A stretch of 50,014 nt of DNA from a virus. Taxonomy: Duplodnaviria > Caudoviricetes. Positions 18,943-28,185 of this stretch are shown piece by piece. Location of the stretch: IMG/VR virus record IMGVR_UViG_3300046719_000027, positions 1 through 50,014 of that record. One strand, 5' to 3'. The position numbers were made by a program, and so were the translations under genes. The notes under the pieces were generated by a model. The model was not told where the DNA came from. It saw only the letters and a list, made by a program, of their open reading frames with translations, and made no database searches. Each line of letters opens with the position of its first letter. Position 1 is the first letter of the stretch.

Positions 18943-20280
18943 CTAGAAGCTAAGAGGCTGAGGACCGATCACCGGCATGAAGCCGTATGGCTTCGTAACG
19001 ATGTCAGCCGAGCGCTCACGGATGTTTCTCGTCCAAGCATCCTTGTTTTGGTAGTTACCAGTCGAAGGATCGTAGTCACCATAAATAGCAGGCATAACCT
19101 GTAGCGGAACATAAGGAGCGTAAATATGAGAAGCCCACAGCGGAGGTGGATTCTTTAGGTAAAGGAACGCCACATTATCCGGCATAAAGTCTGTACCCCA
19201 GATCTGCCACCTACCAGCGTAAGTGCCGTAATCTGTGATACCCACAGAGGCCAGGTTCATCTGAGACGGAGCCTGAGCCTGTGTAGCAGTATTCATCTTC
19301 TGTAGGAATCCAGCCATGCCGTAGCCTCCAAGAATGGAGTCTGTCGGCCGCCGATTCGCTCTCTGATAGTTTACGTCAGCATCGATTAGAGCGTTATAAA
19401 TAACCTGCTTGTAGTCAGTAATTCCAAGCGATAGCGACGCACGAGTCGCAACGGTTACCTGTGGGTTGGGGCCGGTCCATGGAGAAACAAGCTGCGAACC
19501 TACAGCAGGAACACCCTGAAGTCCAAGGGCGTTCTGTGTAATGTTCTTTAGATGCCGGCCAAAGAGATTTCTCGCGACCTCTTCAGCAAAGGCATTAATT
19601 AGCTCGTTCTCAATGTCCAATCCAAGCTGCGCACGGGCGTCTTCCTGGGCTTCCAGGGAGAATGTCGTACCCATGAGCTGCTTGACGACCTGCAATTGGA
19701 ATCTGTTGAGCTGAAGCTTACCCTTTGCTGGAACGCCCAGCTCTGGAGTCAGCAGCCAGTTGTACTCAACCGACAAAATATTTGTGTTGTCAGACTCTCT
19801 CAGGAAGTCCAGCCAGAAAACAAAGGCCGACGGCCCTGGTAGTGGCTGAATAACCGAGAAGTCTCTCTGCATTAGAATGGCATACGCACGCCTTACGATT
19901 GGCAGAGCAAACTTTGTCGGTAGAGCCTCGTCAGATGTAGCTGTATCCTGAACCAGATGGACCTGCTTCCTGCCGTCTGGGCCATCAATAACATCAATCC
20001 GACGACCGCGCTGGAATTGAGTCTGATTCTCCAGAAGCATTGCCATCGCCCGGCGCTGTCGATCATTCGTCAGCTTTGGAAAATCCATATTGCCATGGAA
20101 TTCCTGGACGACACCACGCATTTCCTTCTTGGCGTCATCTGGATTTAACCATCCAGAACGCGACCACTTCTCCAGAAGCATTTCCTCCTGATATCTGACG
20201 CGGTCAGATACAGGAATGTCCTGAACAAGTTCTAGCGCCTTCCTCTTCTCATCACTGAGCGTGCCAAGAGAAACTCTCAT
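18943..20280 (-). CDS. Major capsid protein (T4 gp23-like)
   Basis: LPIVRRAYA...VIQPLPGPSAFVFWL, FSLEAQED and YAPYVPLQ match gp23-family motifs. Confidence 0.9.
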   Translation of the reverse strand: MRVSLGTLSDEKRKALELVQDIPVSDRVRYQEEMLLEKWSRSGWLNPDDAKKEMRGVVQEFHGNMDFPKLTNDRQRRAMAMLLENQTQFQRGRRIDVIDGPDGRKQVHLVQDTATSDEALPTKFALPIVRRAYAILMQRDFSVIQPLPGPSAFVFWLDFLRESDNTNILSVEYNWLLTPELGVPAKGKLQLNRFQLQVVKQLMGTTFSLEAQEDARAQLGLDIENELINAFAEEVARNLFGRHLKNITQNALGLQGVPAVGSQLVSPWTGPNPQVTVATRASLSLGITDYKQVIYNALIDADVNYQRANRRPTDSILGGYGMAGFLQKMNTATQAQAPSQMNLASVGITDYGTYAGRWQIWGTDFMPDNVAFLYLKNPPPLWASHIYAPYVPLQVMPAIYGDYDPSTGNYQNKDAWTRNIRERSADIVTKPYGFMPVIGPQPLSF

Positions 20281-22187
20281 TAGCTAGGCCCTGAAGTGGA
20301 AGGAATCTCTAGTGGGCCGATTCTCTCCATACCGTCGTCTAGAGAGCCATCATCAGCAGGAACAGTCTCGGCAGTAACTGCCGCACCAGGCTGGCCCTTG
20401 CCAGTCTCAACACTAAACAGCTTGCGAAGCCGCTCCTCTTTTGTCTCTACTGGCTTCCGATTATGATCCAGTCCAAGCAGAATAATCGGCATAACCCGGT
20501 CATTAAACTCTGCCTTGGTCCGGCAGTCATTCATAATTTCGGCCAGAACCGCCCGTCTCTCATCCTTCAGATCGCCCGGTAGACCGTCTACGACCATCTG
20601 GAAATATTCCTTAAGCTCGCGCTGGGCTTCGCGCTGCTCGTACCCGCCAATGCGCGTATTAAGGACTGAGATTTCCTGAGTTAGCTCAGCAATCTTATCG
20701 TGGAAGGGAGCCTCGATCTCCTCCACAAGTGTCCTGTGCTGTGTCTTGAGAGACTCCAGTGTAAGAGTCATCGAATTACTACCTGTATCCTCCTCTAGAG
20801 AATTATCATTGGTCCTCGACTCGGCGGCAAGGAATTCGATGCCGTAAGTCTTCATTGCAGGAGAGTCGGGGGCAAAATCGACTCCGTCTAGCAATAACTT
20901 CGTCACCTTAAGCACATCTGGATTACCATCTTCCATAGTAATGCTTTCCATCTCAAATCGGCCTGGGCCAGATCTGAGAGAAATAGCATTTAGAAGTGGC
21001 TGAGGTCTGCCGTCAGATCCCTTGTGCTTCATAAGAGCAATTGCTTGCTCTCCCTTGCCCTTATTTACCACGTCGATAATAACGGAACCGACGCGGCCAT
21101 CCTGAACAAGATCGACTATACCGCCAATGGGTAGATCACTGCCGTCTAGTGCAGTCTTGTGTCGAGGATAAACGGTAAGTGGTTGCCGGCCATCCGAAAT
21201 TTGTGTCTTGGCCTCGGCAACAATAGCTGGAAGCAAAGCCGTCGGAAAAAGAATCTTACGATCAAATCCCGGAGCCTTACTAATGGAGTCTCCAACATAA
21301 AACGGAACCTTAATTCTTGCAAAACCACCAGACTCAGTAGTTTTGTCTTCAAGAATTAAAGGAAACGGAGCATTTTCAGAACCATCCAGAACAAGTATAC
21401 TGTGAAGCGCTTCCGCTGTCACAAACTTCTCGCCATGTCTCTGGGATGTTGCTGTAAGAGAATTATCAATTGCGAGATCTTCTGCCGTGACCCAGCCTTC
21501 GGGCAAATTAGCAATAGCCCCAAGAGCTTTGGCTCTCTTAACGATGTGTCGCTTCGCTCTTGTATAAGAGCCACCACGACCTACGGAGCGAACAGCTCTC
21601 CGCACCGAATCTTTATCTGGAATTGGAAAAGAACCATCAGGGAGGGCTACTCCCTGGCTTGCATATTTTCTTCTCTGACGAGCAGAGAAGAACCTACTAG
21701 CCTGAATAAGTTCGTCAGCCGTAAGTACCATATCATCGTCATTGACGATGTCAATGGACTCCAACATGACCTTTAAAGCACGATCTTCCTGTGCAACTCC
21801 CCAATTAATAGGAAGTGTTCCTGCCATCTGGAGATCGCGTGCCCTTTGAATAATATGTCGCTGAATCTCATCAGCACCATAAACAACAGAAAGAGCATCG
21901 GCACCGGGCGGATTTAGAAATCTAGCAACTGCGCCACGCAGTTCTTCTGCACTTCTAATCTGCCACTCACCATTAGGCATTGACTGACGACGCGCAACTC
22001 CTCTTGCCACACGCGAGCGCTCTAGATCTGCACGACCTAGAACATCTCTTTCTCGGTCGCGCATCTCGTTATCGTCAACGCCTCTATTCTTTCCACCTAT
22101 TCTCGACAGGGCTACATTTCCTGTTGGATCAGGAGGATTGATGCTTGTAGTCGTTGTATCTCCGATAAGAGGATGCTTACCTTTCAC
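20280..22187 (-). CDS. Prohead protease/scaffold fusion with duplicated N-terminal domain
   Basis: Upstream of MCP; central protease-like region (H, ISLRS, GVDF); coiled-coil C-terminus; two copies of a PxGxxxI...RHIxxRAxxL...LPxxW domain. Confidence 0.7.
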   Translation of the reverse strand: MKGKHPLIGDTTTTSINPPDPTGNVALSRIGGKNRGVDDNEMRDRERDVLGRADLERSRVARGVARRQSMPNGEWQIRSAEELRGAVARFLNPPGADALSVVYGADEIQRHIIQRARDLQMAGTLPINWGVAQEDRALKVMLESIDIVNDDDMVLTADELIQASRFFSARQRRKYASQGVALPDGSFPIPDKDSVRRAVRSVGRGGSYTRAKRHIVKRAKALGAIANLPEGWVTAEDLAIDNSLTATSQRHGEKFVTAEALHSILVLDGSENAPFPLILEDKTTESGGFARIKVPFYVGDSISKAPGFDRKILFPTALLPAIVAEAKTQISDGRQPLTVYPRHKTALDGSDLPIGGIVDLVQDGRVGSVIIDVVNKGKGEQAIALMKHKGSDGRPQPLLNAISLRSGPGRFEMESITMEDGNPDVLKVTKLLLDGVDFAPDSPAMKTYGIEFLAAESRTNDNSLEEDTGSNSMTLTLESLKTQHRTLVEEIEAPFHDKIAELTQEISVLNTRIGGYEQREAQRELKEYFQMVVDGLPGDLKDERRAVLAEIMNDCRTKAEFNDRVMPIILLGLDHNRKPVETKEERLRKLFSVETGKGQPGAAVTAETVPADDGSLDDGMERIGPLEIPSTSGPS

Positions 22188-22264
22188 TTCTTTGGCTTCT
22201 TAGGGGTCTTCTTCCCCTGGACCGGGGTCGGCGGAAGCGCCAACCCACCCGTAGTAGTGCTCAT

Positions 22265-22489
22265 TTACCTACTATTACCTCTGGCTCCTCGCCAGAATTC
22301 AGTAATACGGCACTCTGGATCACAACCATTCGGATCAGGATAGCTAGCACCTGGCTGGCCAGTAAATGGAGTTGTATTGCAGGGAACCTGCATCCAACCG
22401 CTCTGCATCACTCCGCCCGGCATTCCATTGTTTGGCTGATAGGAAAGGCCCGGAAGACTATCCGACCCTGCTCCAAATCTTTCTGCCAC
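22265..22489 (-). CDS. Hypothetical protein
   Basis: GTG start with SD GGAGG. Confidence 0.55.
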   Translation of the reverse strand: MAERFGAGSDSLPGLSYQPNNGMPGGVMQSGWMQVPCNTTPFTGQPGASYPDPNGCDPECRITEFWRGARGNSR

Positions 22490-22524
22490 TTGAAACGTCC
22501 TCCATAGTTATTATTTGATGCTAC

Positions 22525-23766
22525 CTAGTCTCGGTAACCGATCGCCTTTGGCAACTTCGCTTTGATGCGAGGCAGGTCGGCCTTCCATCCCGTATATCTT
22601 ACACCCTTATCATCAAAATAGAGGTCGGCGTGATCTTTCTCTGCAACTCTATCATAAGGGACAGACCACTGCTTAAGCCACCGTCTAATAGCAGCTAGTC
22701 TTCGGATGGAATCAACCTGAGAGTGGGTTTGTCGGTTCCAGCCAGCGCATGAGACTGTAATCGTCACCCCTTGCTCGTAAAGATTTCTCATCGTTTCTAC
22801 AGCATCTTCTCTCGGCGGAGCGACTCTCATAGAGGAGGATGCATTAGATAGAGTTCGATGCATATCTACGTCCAGACTAGGGCCGGAATATCCTCTGGGG
22901 TGATCGCGAAACATCTTAATATCTGGCCAGGTAGTTATTTCCTCGCCTACCCTCTTCTTTTCTTTGCGAGTCCATAACCCTGTCTCATCGAAGAAGAATC
23001 GCCGCTCCATCTCCTTCTCTGCCAATTCTCCGAGTTGATTCCAATCAGGAACTATACCAGGGCCGTCTTTTAATGCTGGATCTCCTGGAATTTCTATCAT
23101 ACGATCATCGTAGTAAACATTAGATGGGATCTTAGGTAAAATTAGATCTATCGGCAAACCGTATCTCATCGCCCAGCTTTTAACCATAGCCAGGCGCGCT
23201 TCAAAGACTTCTATTCCTTGGGGACCTTCATAGTAAAGTCCAGCCGTAGCAATATGCAAACAAGCTCCGAAAGCCTTCCATCTATCTAGCCATTTCTTTA
23301 CGTGTGGAAAAGGATCAGAATATTCATCGGTTAGGGGATAGTTGCCGCCAACCCCTCTACCAATTTGTGGCTTAAGCGTTCCGTCTAGATCTAAAGTCAG
23401 TACAGGATGTGGCTCATCTGGATCGTGCCAGTGTTCTTTTGGACGAGGAACTAGTTCAGCTACTTGCTCCATTAGAAGAATCTTTTCCTCTTCTATCCGA
23501 GTAAGTTGACCGATCTGCCACTCCACATCTTTAGCTCTAGCTTCCTTCTCTACTTGTAAAAGTTGGATTGATTCTATTCTTGTCCGATTATGACTTTCTC
23601 TTTCATCTCGCAAGCCGTTTTCTGCCGCCATTAATCTATAACGCAAAGTATCGACTTCGCTCTCTATTTCTACAAGGCGCCTCTTTAGGGGCCGTAGAAA
23701 TTTCTCGGCGATACTATCTCTAGGGGATGGATCAGTCTGGAGGATTATGGCCGTTTGGGTGTCCAT
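22525..23766 (-). CDS. Coiled-coil plus tandem HAD-like phosphatase domains
   Basis: LDLDGTL...YYDDR and LDVDMHRTL...YFDDK. Confidence 0.7.
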   Translation of the reverse strand: MDTQTAIILQTDPSPRDSIAEKFLRPLKRRLVEIESEVDTLRYRLMAAENGLRDERESHNRTRIESIQLLQVEKEARAKDVEWQIGQLTRIEEEKILLMEQVAELVPRPKEHWHDPDEPHPVLTLDLDGTLKPQIGRGVGGNYPLTDEYSDPFPHVKKWLDRWKAFGACLHIATAGLYYEGPQGIEVFEARLAMVKSWAMRYGLPIDLILPKIPSNVYYDDRMIEIPGDPALKDGPGIVPDWNQLGELAEKEMERRFFFDETGLWTRKEKKRVGEEITTWPDIKMFRDHPRGYSGPSLDVDMHRTLSNASSSMRVAPPREDAVETMRNLYEQGVTITVSCAGWNRQTHSQVDSIRRLAAIRRWLKQWSVPYDRVAEKDHADLYFDDKGVRYTGWKADLPRIKAKLPKAIGYRD

Positions 23767-25678
23767 TCTTTAGTCCTTGATGGATTTTATCCCCTATGCG
23801 TACAAGATCTTTTTCTACTGAGTCTGTCGTCTCGAATATAGCCTGAAGTAACGCTGCCGTAGCTAATTCTGTCGTAACTGATCTAACACCATCTGGACTT
23901 GGTGTCGGTGGAAGATCGTTTTCTCCTCGACCGTGACCTGAATAGCGAGATTGAGTCTGTTTCTGTGGCTTTGTTCTTCTGAATCCAGTTGGATTCGGCA
24001 GAGCCTTGCCCTTGGCGCCTGCCTTTGGAACTTTTGTTGGAGATTGAATTGCGCCGGGCGGTGATTGTCCACCACCAGATGCGGCAGGCCCGCCTGATTG
24101 ACCAGGCATAGGCTTTCTAATTCTCTCTCCAGGAATCATTGGCTGAACCATTGACAGAGCTTCAAGGTTTGCCTGGTCTTCCTTATAGATAGCAACCCGC
24201 TCGTCAACTTCATCCATCTCTTCGTCTGACATATTAAATACGTGCTGCTGGACCCAACGTCCATCAATCGCATCGAACGGAGCATTTGCATAAATAGCAT
24301 GAGCCTGGGCTCTAAACAGTTCAGATGAAGCCGCGTTCATCTGGTCGGTAGCATTCAATGCTGGCCAGCTAATCTCGTATTCGATCTTCTCGGGATCTAG
24401 ATCTTGAAGAACTAGAGCAATATCAAAAAGCTGCTTAAGACCATGACCTACGACCTGTTGAATATCTCGGAGGAAACGAACATACTGGACATCTTGAATC
24501 GTCAGTGTACTCTTAGAGTTAACATCTTTCTCGAACCCGAGATGCGCTCTTGGTACTCGGAGGCACGCTGTAAATTTACGATGAAGATACTCTATGTCCG
24601 TGATGTCATGGATGCCGACATTCTTCGGATCGATGATATCTACTTTTGTCTGCATGGGCTGGACTTGTTGGCCAAGTTTAATCCAGCCGCTACTGACGAA
24701 GAAATCTGTCATTACGCTAAAAGGATTCTCGCGTCTACCGTCAACGTGCATCCTCTGCATAACACTAAATTGAAAATCTTGCAGAGCACGACGCCTCTGA
24801 TCAGGAGAGAGGCCAGTAGTATCCACATAGAATACGAGCTTAAGAATGTCTCTGGTTAGGCGACCGACGATAAGTGACTCTTCAAGCGCCTTAAGTTTCT
24901 TATAAGTAATTCTAGCAACTCTTAAATGGCTCCTGCCGTAAGGAGAGAAGCCATCATGATTAAGTCGCATATGAATAATCTGCCAGGGCCAGAAAGTAGC
25001 GAGCATAGCGCCGGTAGCTTCTGCTTTCTGTTCGAAAGCACACTCTTCACTACCGTTTAAAACAACTCCAGACCTTTTATCATATCTGGGCTCGCCTAGT
25101 AGCAAGTTGCCGGAAAGATCTTCGTTCCGGAACATGGTGATTGGAGGTAATTGTTTAACATCAACAATTTCCCATCCATCATTTACCACGATCTCGCCGA
25201 ACATATCGCCATACTTGACGAGGTTGCGTACTACCGGACGAACTTTCTCATGAAGCTTACATACTGCTACTACTTGATCCAGTATCTTTTTGACCTTGAC
25301 ATCACGAGAGAATACCTGAAAGGACATCTGAACGCCATCATCAGAAGTAGTGACGTTGTTTGTAATTGTATCAAGAGCGATCGACGCCTCTTCAGAGGAC
25401 TGATCGATCTCTTCTACGTCCTTGTATGTTGCGCGACGTGTAATATCAAACTTGAACTGGCGATCGTAAAGAGAAACTAACCCTTCAGAAACAATACCCG
25501 TCTGAGTGGTATTTTGATCTTCTGGCTGCGGGCCAGTAGTTGGATTAGCATGAAAGAAAAGCTCTGATATCCGACGGATAAGCCCCGGGTTTCTTTTCGG
25601 CATCAACTGTGCCGGAGTTAAGGCTTGACCTCCCGGTCTACCAGCATTAGGAGTGGGACCTGGGGCAGCGATTGCCAT
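23732..25678 (-). CDS. Portal protein (T4 gp20-like)
   Basis: PYGRSHL, LEESLIVGRLTR..VFYVDTTGL, DITDIEYL...LRVPRAHLG; low-complexity C-terminal tail. Confidence 0.9.
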   Translation of the reverse strand: MAIAAPGPTPNAGRPGGQALTPAQLMPKRNPGLIRRISELFFHANPTTGPQPEDQNTTQTGIVSEGLVSLYDRQFKFDITRRATYKDVEEIDQSSEEASIALDTITNNVTTSDDGVQMSFQVFSRDVKVKKILDQVVAVCKLHEKVRPVVRNLVKYGDMFGEIVVNDGWEIVDVKQLPPITMFRNEDLSGNLLLGEPRYDKRSGVVLNGSEECAFEQKAEATGAMLATFWPWQIIHMRLNHDGFSPYGRSHLRVARITYKKLKALEESLIVGRLTRDILKLVFYVDTTGLSPDQRRRALQDFQFSVMQRMHVDGRRENPFSVMTDFFVSSGWIKLGQQVQPMQTKVDIIDPKNVGIHDITDIEYLHRKFTACLRVPRAHLGFEKDVNSKSTLTIQDVQYVRFLRDIQQVVGHGLKQLFDIALVLQDLDPEKIEYEISWPALNATDQMNAASSELFRAQAHAIYANAPFDAIDGRWVQQHVFNMSDEEMDEVDERVAIYKEDQANLEALSMVQPMIPGERIRKPMPGQSGGPAASGGGQSPPGAIQSPTKVPKAGAKGKALPNPTGFRRTKPQKQTQSRYSGHGRGENDLPPTPSPDGVRSVTTELATAALLQAIFETTDSVEKDLVRIGDKIHQGLKNGHPNGHNPPD

Positions 25679-25702
25679 TTTACGGGATTATCACCTCCTT
25701 AA

Positions 25703-26002
25703 TTATCTATCAGCTACAAAATGTATAAATGCTGCTACTGCCGCAGCCACCAACGCCAAGCCAATGATTGTTGCAATAATTCCATGTTGATTTGTCCAGG
25801 TCCGAATAACCGGAGTTATCGGTGGCTGCTGCTGAAAATACAAAACACCTTCAAGGACAAACCACAGACCTAAAATAATTAGGATTATTCCGGCACCGAC
25901 CCAAATACATCCAGCCACAAACCATGAAGGTAGCGGCACCATCTCCGCAACGGCCCAGATGCCATTATGAGTTGCGGTCTTTACTTCTGAAATAGCATTC
26001 AT
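25703..26002 (-). CDS. Two-TM membrane protein
   Basis: Two hydrophobic segments. Confidence 0.55.
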   Translation of the reverse strand: MNAISEVKTATHNGIWAVAEMVPLPSWFVAGCIWVGAGIILIILGLWFVLEGVLYFQQQPPITPVIRTWTNQHGIIATIIGLALVAAAVAAFIHFVADR

Positions 26003-26379
26003 ATATCCCTACGCTCAGAATTATAATAGATAGTACCGACCCCGAAAAGCCTAGTCAGTATCTCATCGTCGTCAGCTTCGTATCTTGGCAGTCTTCCTGT
26101 TTGAGGATCAGTCCGAGAAAGGATTCCAGATGGATATCTTGGCGGTACATTAGAAGCTGCTAACGCTACCGGATAGCTTGTAGTTTCTGGATCAGGTAGA
26201 CTCCGATCAATTATAACTCTATCTACGCCCTTGGGACGACTTCTCTGATCCTGTGAGTTATCGATAATAGATATACCACGGAATCCGGGGAAGTTTCCGG
26301 GGCGAATCTTATTAAGAGTTGTAACAATAATATTACCCTTCGGCACTATAAGCCTCCCTTGGCTCTCTCGCCTCTTCAA
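25999..26379 (-). CDS. Hypothetical protein
   Basis: 126 aa ORF in operon; start uncertain. Confidence 0.5.
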   Translation of the reverse strand: MKRRESQGRLIVPKGNIIVTTLNKIRPGNFPGFRGISIIDNSQDQRSRPKGVDRVIIDRSLPDPETTSYPVALAASNVPPRYPSGILSRTDPQTGRLPRYEADDDEILTRLFGVGTIYYNSERRDI

Positions 26380-26767
26380 TTAAAGTATTACGAATAGAGA
26401 TTCTATCATACTGATTCAAGGTCTGCGTCACAACAATCATTGTCTGCACTGCCGAGGCCAGCACAACAAAGCCTATGATTAGAATTTCTCTAGTAACATC
26501 TGGAGTAACTCTTACTTGCGAAGTTAAACCAAGCAATCCCAAGGAAAAGAATACTAAATGAGTAAAGACTATAGAGACTGCATCCCTATAGCTAATTCTT
26601 CCCGTGCGCTCGACTAGACTGTTTATTTTAGCTAAACGTAATCGTTTTAGATCCTGGTAGCTATCTCTAGCTGCCCAAACATTCATCACAATACCAATAA
26701 CACTTATAATTGTATAATAAACCTGAAAGAACCTTGTTATATCTACAACAAAATCAGTCCAGCTCAC
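26333..26767 (-). CDS. Three-TM membrane protein (holin candidate)
   Basis: Three hydrophobic helices, charged C-terminus. Confidence 0.5.
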   Translation of the reverse strand: MSWTDFVVDITRFFQVYYTIISVIGIVMNVWAARDSYQDLKRLRLAKINSLVERTGRISYRDAVSIVFTHLVFFSLGLLGLTSQVRVTPDVTREILIIGFVVLASAVQTMIVVTQTLNQYDRISIRNTLIEEAREPREAYSAEG

Positions 26768-27054
26768 CTTCTGCGACTTCCATCATTACGAGGAGCCAGG
26801 GCATTGAGTTGCGTGTGCAAGAACTTAATTCTTGCTTGTGCCTCCTCTAATTCGCGTTTCTGTTGCTTGGCCCTTAATTCTTGTTCGTTTAATCTCTTAT
26901 CATCAGTATCAGTTCTTCTTTCTAGATACTGATCTGTTACTTCTTCCGGTAGATTCTTATCTTCGCGACGATTGCGCCATTCCCTAAAGTTGTCAATTAC
27001 AGACTTAAATTTCAGTAAAACCTTGCCGGTACAACTCCGGAGAAGCTCTCGCAC
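26764..27054 (-). CDS. Charged coiled-coil protein
   Basis: 96 aa, overlapping stop/start junction. Confidence 0.5.
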   Translation of the reverse strand: MRELLRSCTGKVLLKFKSVIDNFREWRNRREDKNLPEEVTDQYLERRTDTDDKRLNEQELRAKQQKRELEEAQARIKFLHTQLNALAPRNDGSRRR

Positions 27055-27056
27055 AA

Positions 27057-27380
27057 TTATCTATTGCTCCCCGTATTTCTCAGTTCCGATATAGCTCTAT
27101 CGATTAGAGGTAACATATCTTCTCTTATGCTTTTCAATGCGACTTCGAAATTGTCTTGCAGTCGATCGATTTGAGAGGATTGTCTTTCTATGTGTTCCTC
27201 TCTGCGAGCGATGATCTCATCACGATATTTTAACTCTTCTATTCTCCGTTCTTTTTCATTGGTGACTTCATCTGGAAATCTTAATCTACGAGTTACGAAC
27301 AATGCAATACCCAACGACAATATTATAATAACTGAGGGCCCGCCCTGTTTTATTGAATTGATAAAGTCATCCCAATTCAT
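27057..27380 (-). CDS. Single-TM plus coiled-coil protein (holin-like)
   Basis: N-terminal TM followed by heptad repeats. Confidence 0.5.
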   Translation of the reverse strand: MNWDDFINSIKQGGPSVIIILSLGIALFVTRRLRFPDEVTNEKERRIEELKYRDEIIARREEHIERQSSQIDRLQDNFEVALKSIREDMLPLIDRAISELRNTGSNR

Positions 27381-27402
27381 TGTCGTTCCCGTAGTCCGAA
27401 GA

Positions 27403-27726
27403 CTATCCGAGCAGACTTACTACCTGCGACCACGAATCAAACTTAACTGCACGCTTCTCTATATAGTAAGCTGCTGAAGGGCGCTTATTAGTAACTTCAA
27501 ACGTGAAATAACGGCCGCCACGATTCCTGATAACCCAATCAGAGATTGCTTCATGCATGGATACAGGAGCCGATGTACAGATAATCAGTCGATACTTTCT
27601 ATGTAGCTCTTGAAGGGCATCCATAGCTCCATCAATGGAAGCGTGGCCACTACTAAATTCACCGAGCGAGCCGTCTGAAAGTGTACCTTCGAAGGCAATG
27701 GAAATGGCTGGCTTAGTTGGGTCCAT
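27403..27726 (-). CDS. HAD-like protein lacking catalytic aspartates
   Basis: IAFEGTL and YYIEKRAVKF correspond to DFDGT and YIDDRA motifs. Confidence 0.6.
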   Translation of the reverse strand: MDPTKPAISIAFEGTLSDGSLGEFSSGHASIDGAMDALQELHRKYRLIICTSAPVSMHEAISDWVIRNRGGRYFTFEVTNKRPSAAYYIEKRAVKFDSWSQVVSLLG

Positions 27727-27919
27727 ACTTCTCCTTAAATAAGGATTCGTTTAGTGAGTTAAATTGCTCTATGGAAATAGAGAGGGCGCGAGCTGCGCAG
27801 ACAAAAGAGAATTCTACCAATTCATCCTTATGATCTTGCAATTGAGGATACACCCTAATAACAAGATCAACTTCTTCGCGCATTGCATCAGCAACTTTAT
27901 TTTTAGCCATTATTCCCAA
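27713..27919 (-). CDS. Hypothetical protein
   Basis: 68 aa in operon. Confidence 0.5.
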   Translation of the reverse strand: MGIMAKNKVADAMREEVDLVIRVYPQLQDHKDELVEFSFVCAARALSISIEQFNSLNESLFKEKYGPN

Positions 27920-28185
27920 TCTGTCTCAACGACGTACCCACAATGGAATCCATCTTGAGCAATGCTTCCCGCTTTATCTAGTCGAAGCAATAAGCGATCA
28001 CCGCTGTCGTCATGAACTTTAACAACGTATTGCTCATTGCCTATATATGAATAAAATGCGGCGCCTGGCAACGCTACTAAAGTATGCTCGCAACCAGCCA
28101 AGCACTTCAATCTAGAGGTTTTAACTCTATTCATAATTATACCAAAAGTCCTCTGATAAATAGAACTAGCATCTTCATCAACCAT
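27910..28185 (-). CDS. Hypothetical protein
   Basis: 91 aa, overlaps end of terminase. Confidence 0.5.
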   Translation of the reverse strand: MVDEDASSIYQRTFGIIMNRVKTSRLKCLAGCEHTLVALPGAAFYSYIGNEQYVVKVHDDSGDRLLLRLDKAGSIAQDGFHCGYVVETDWE

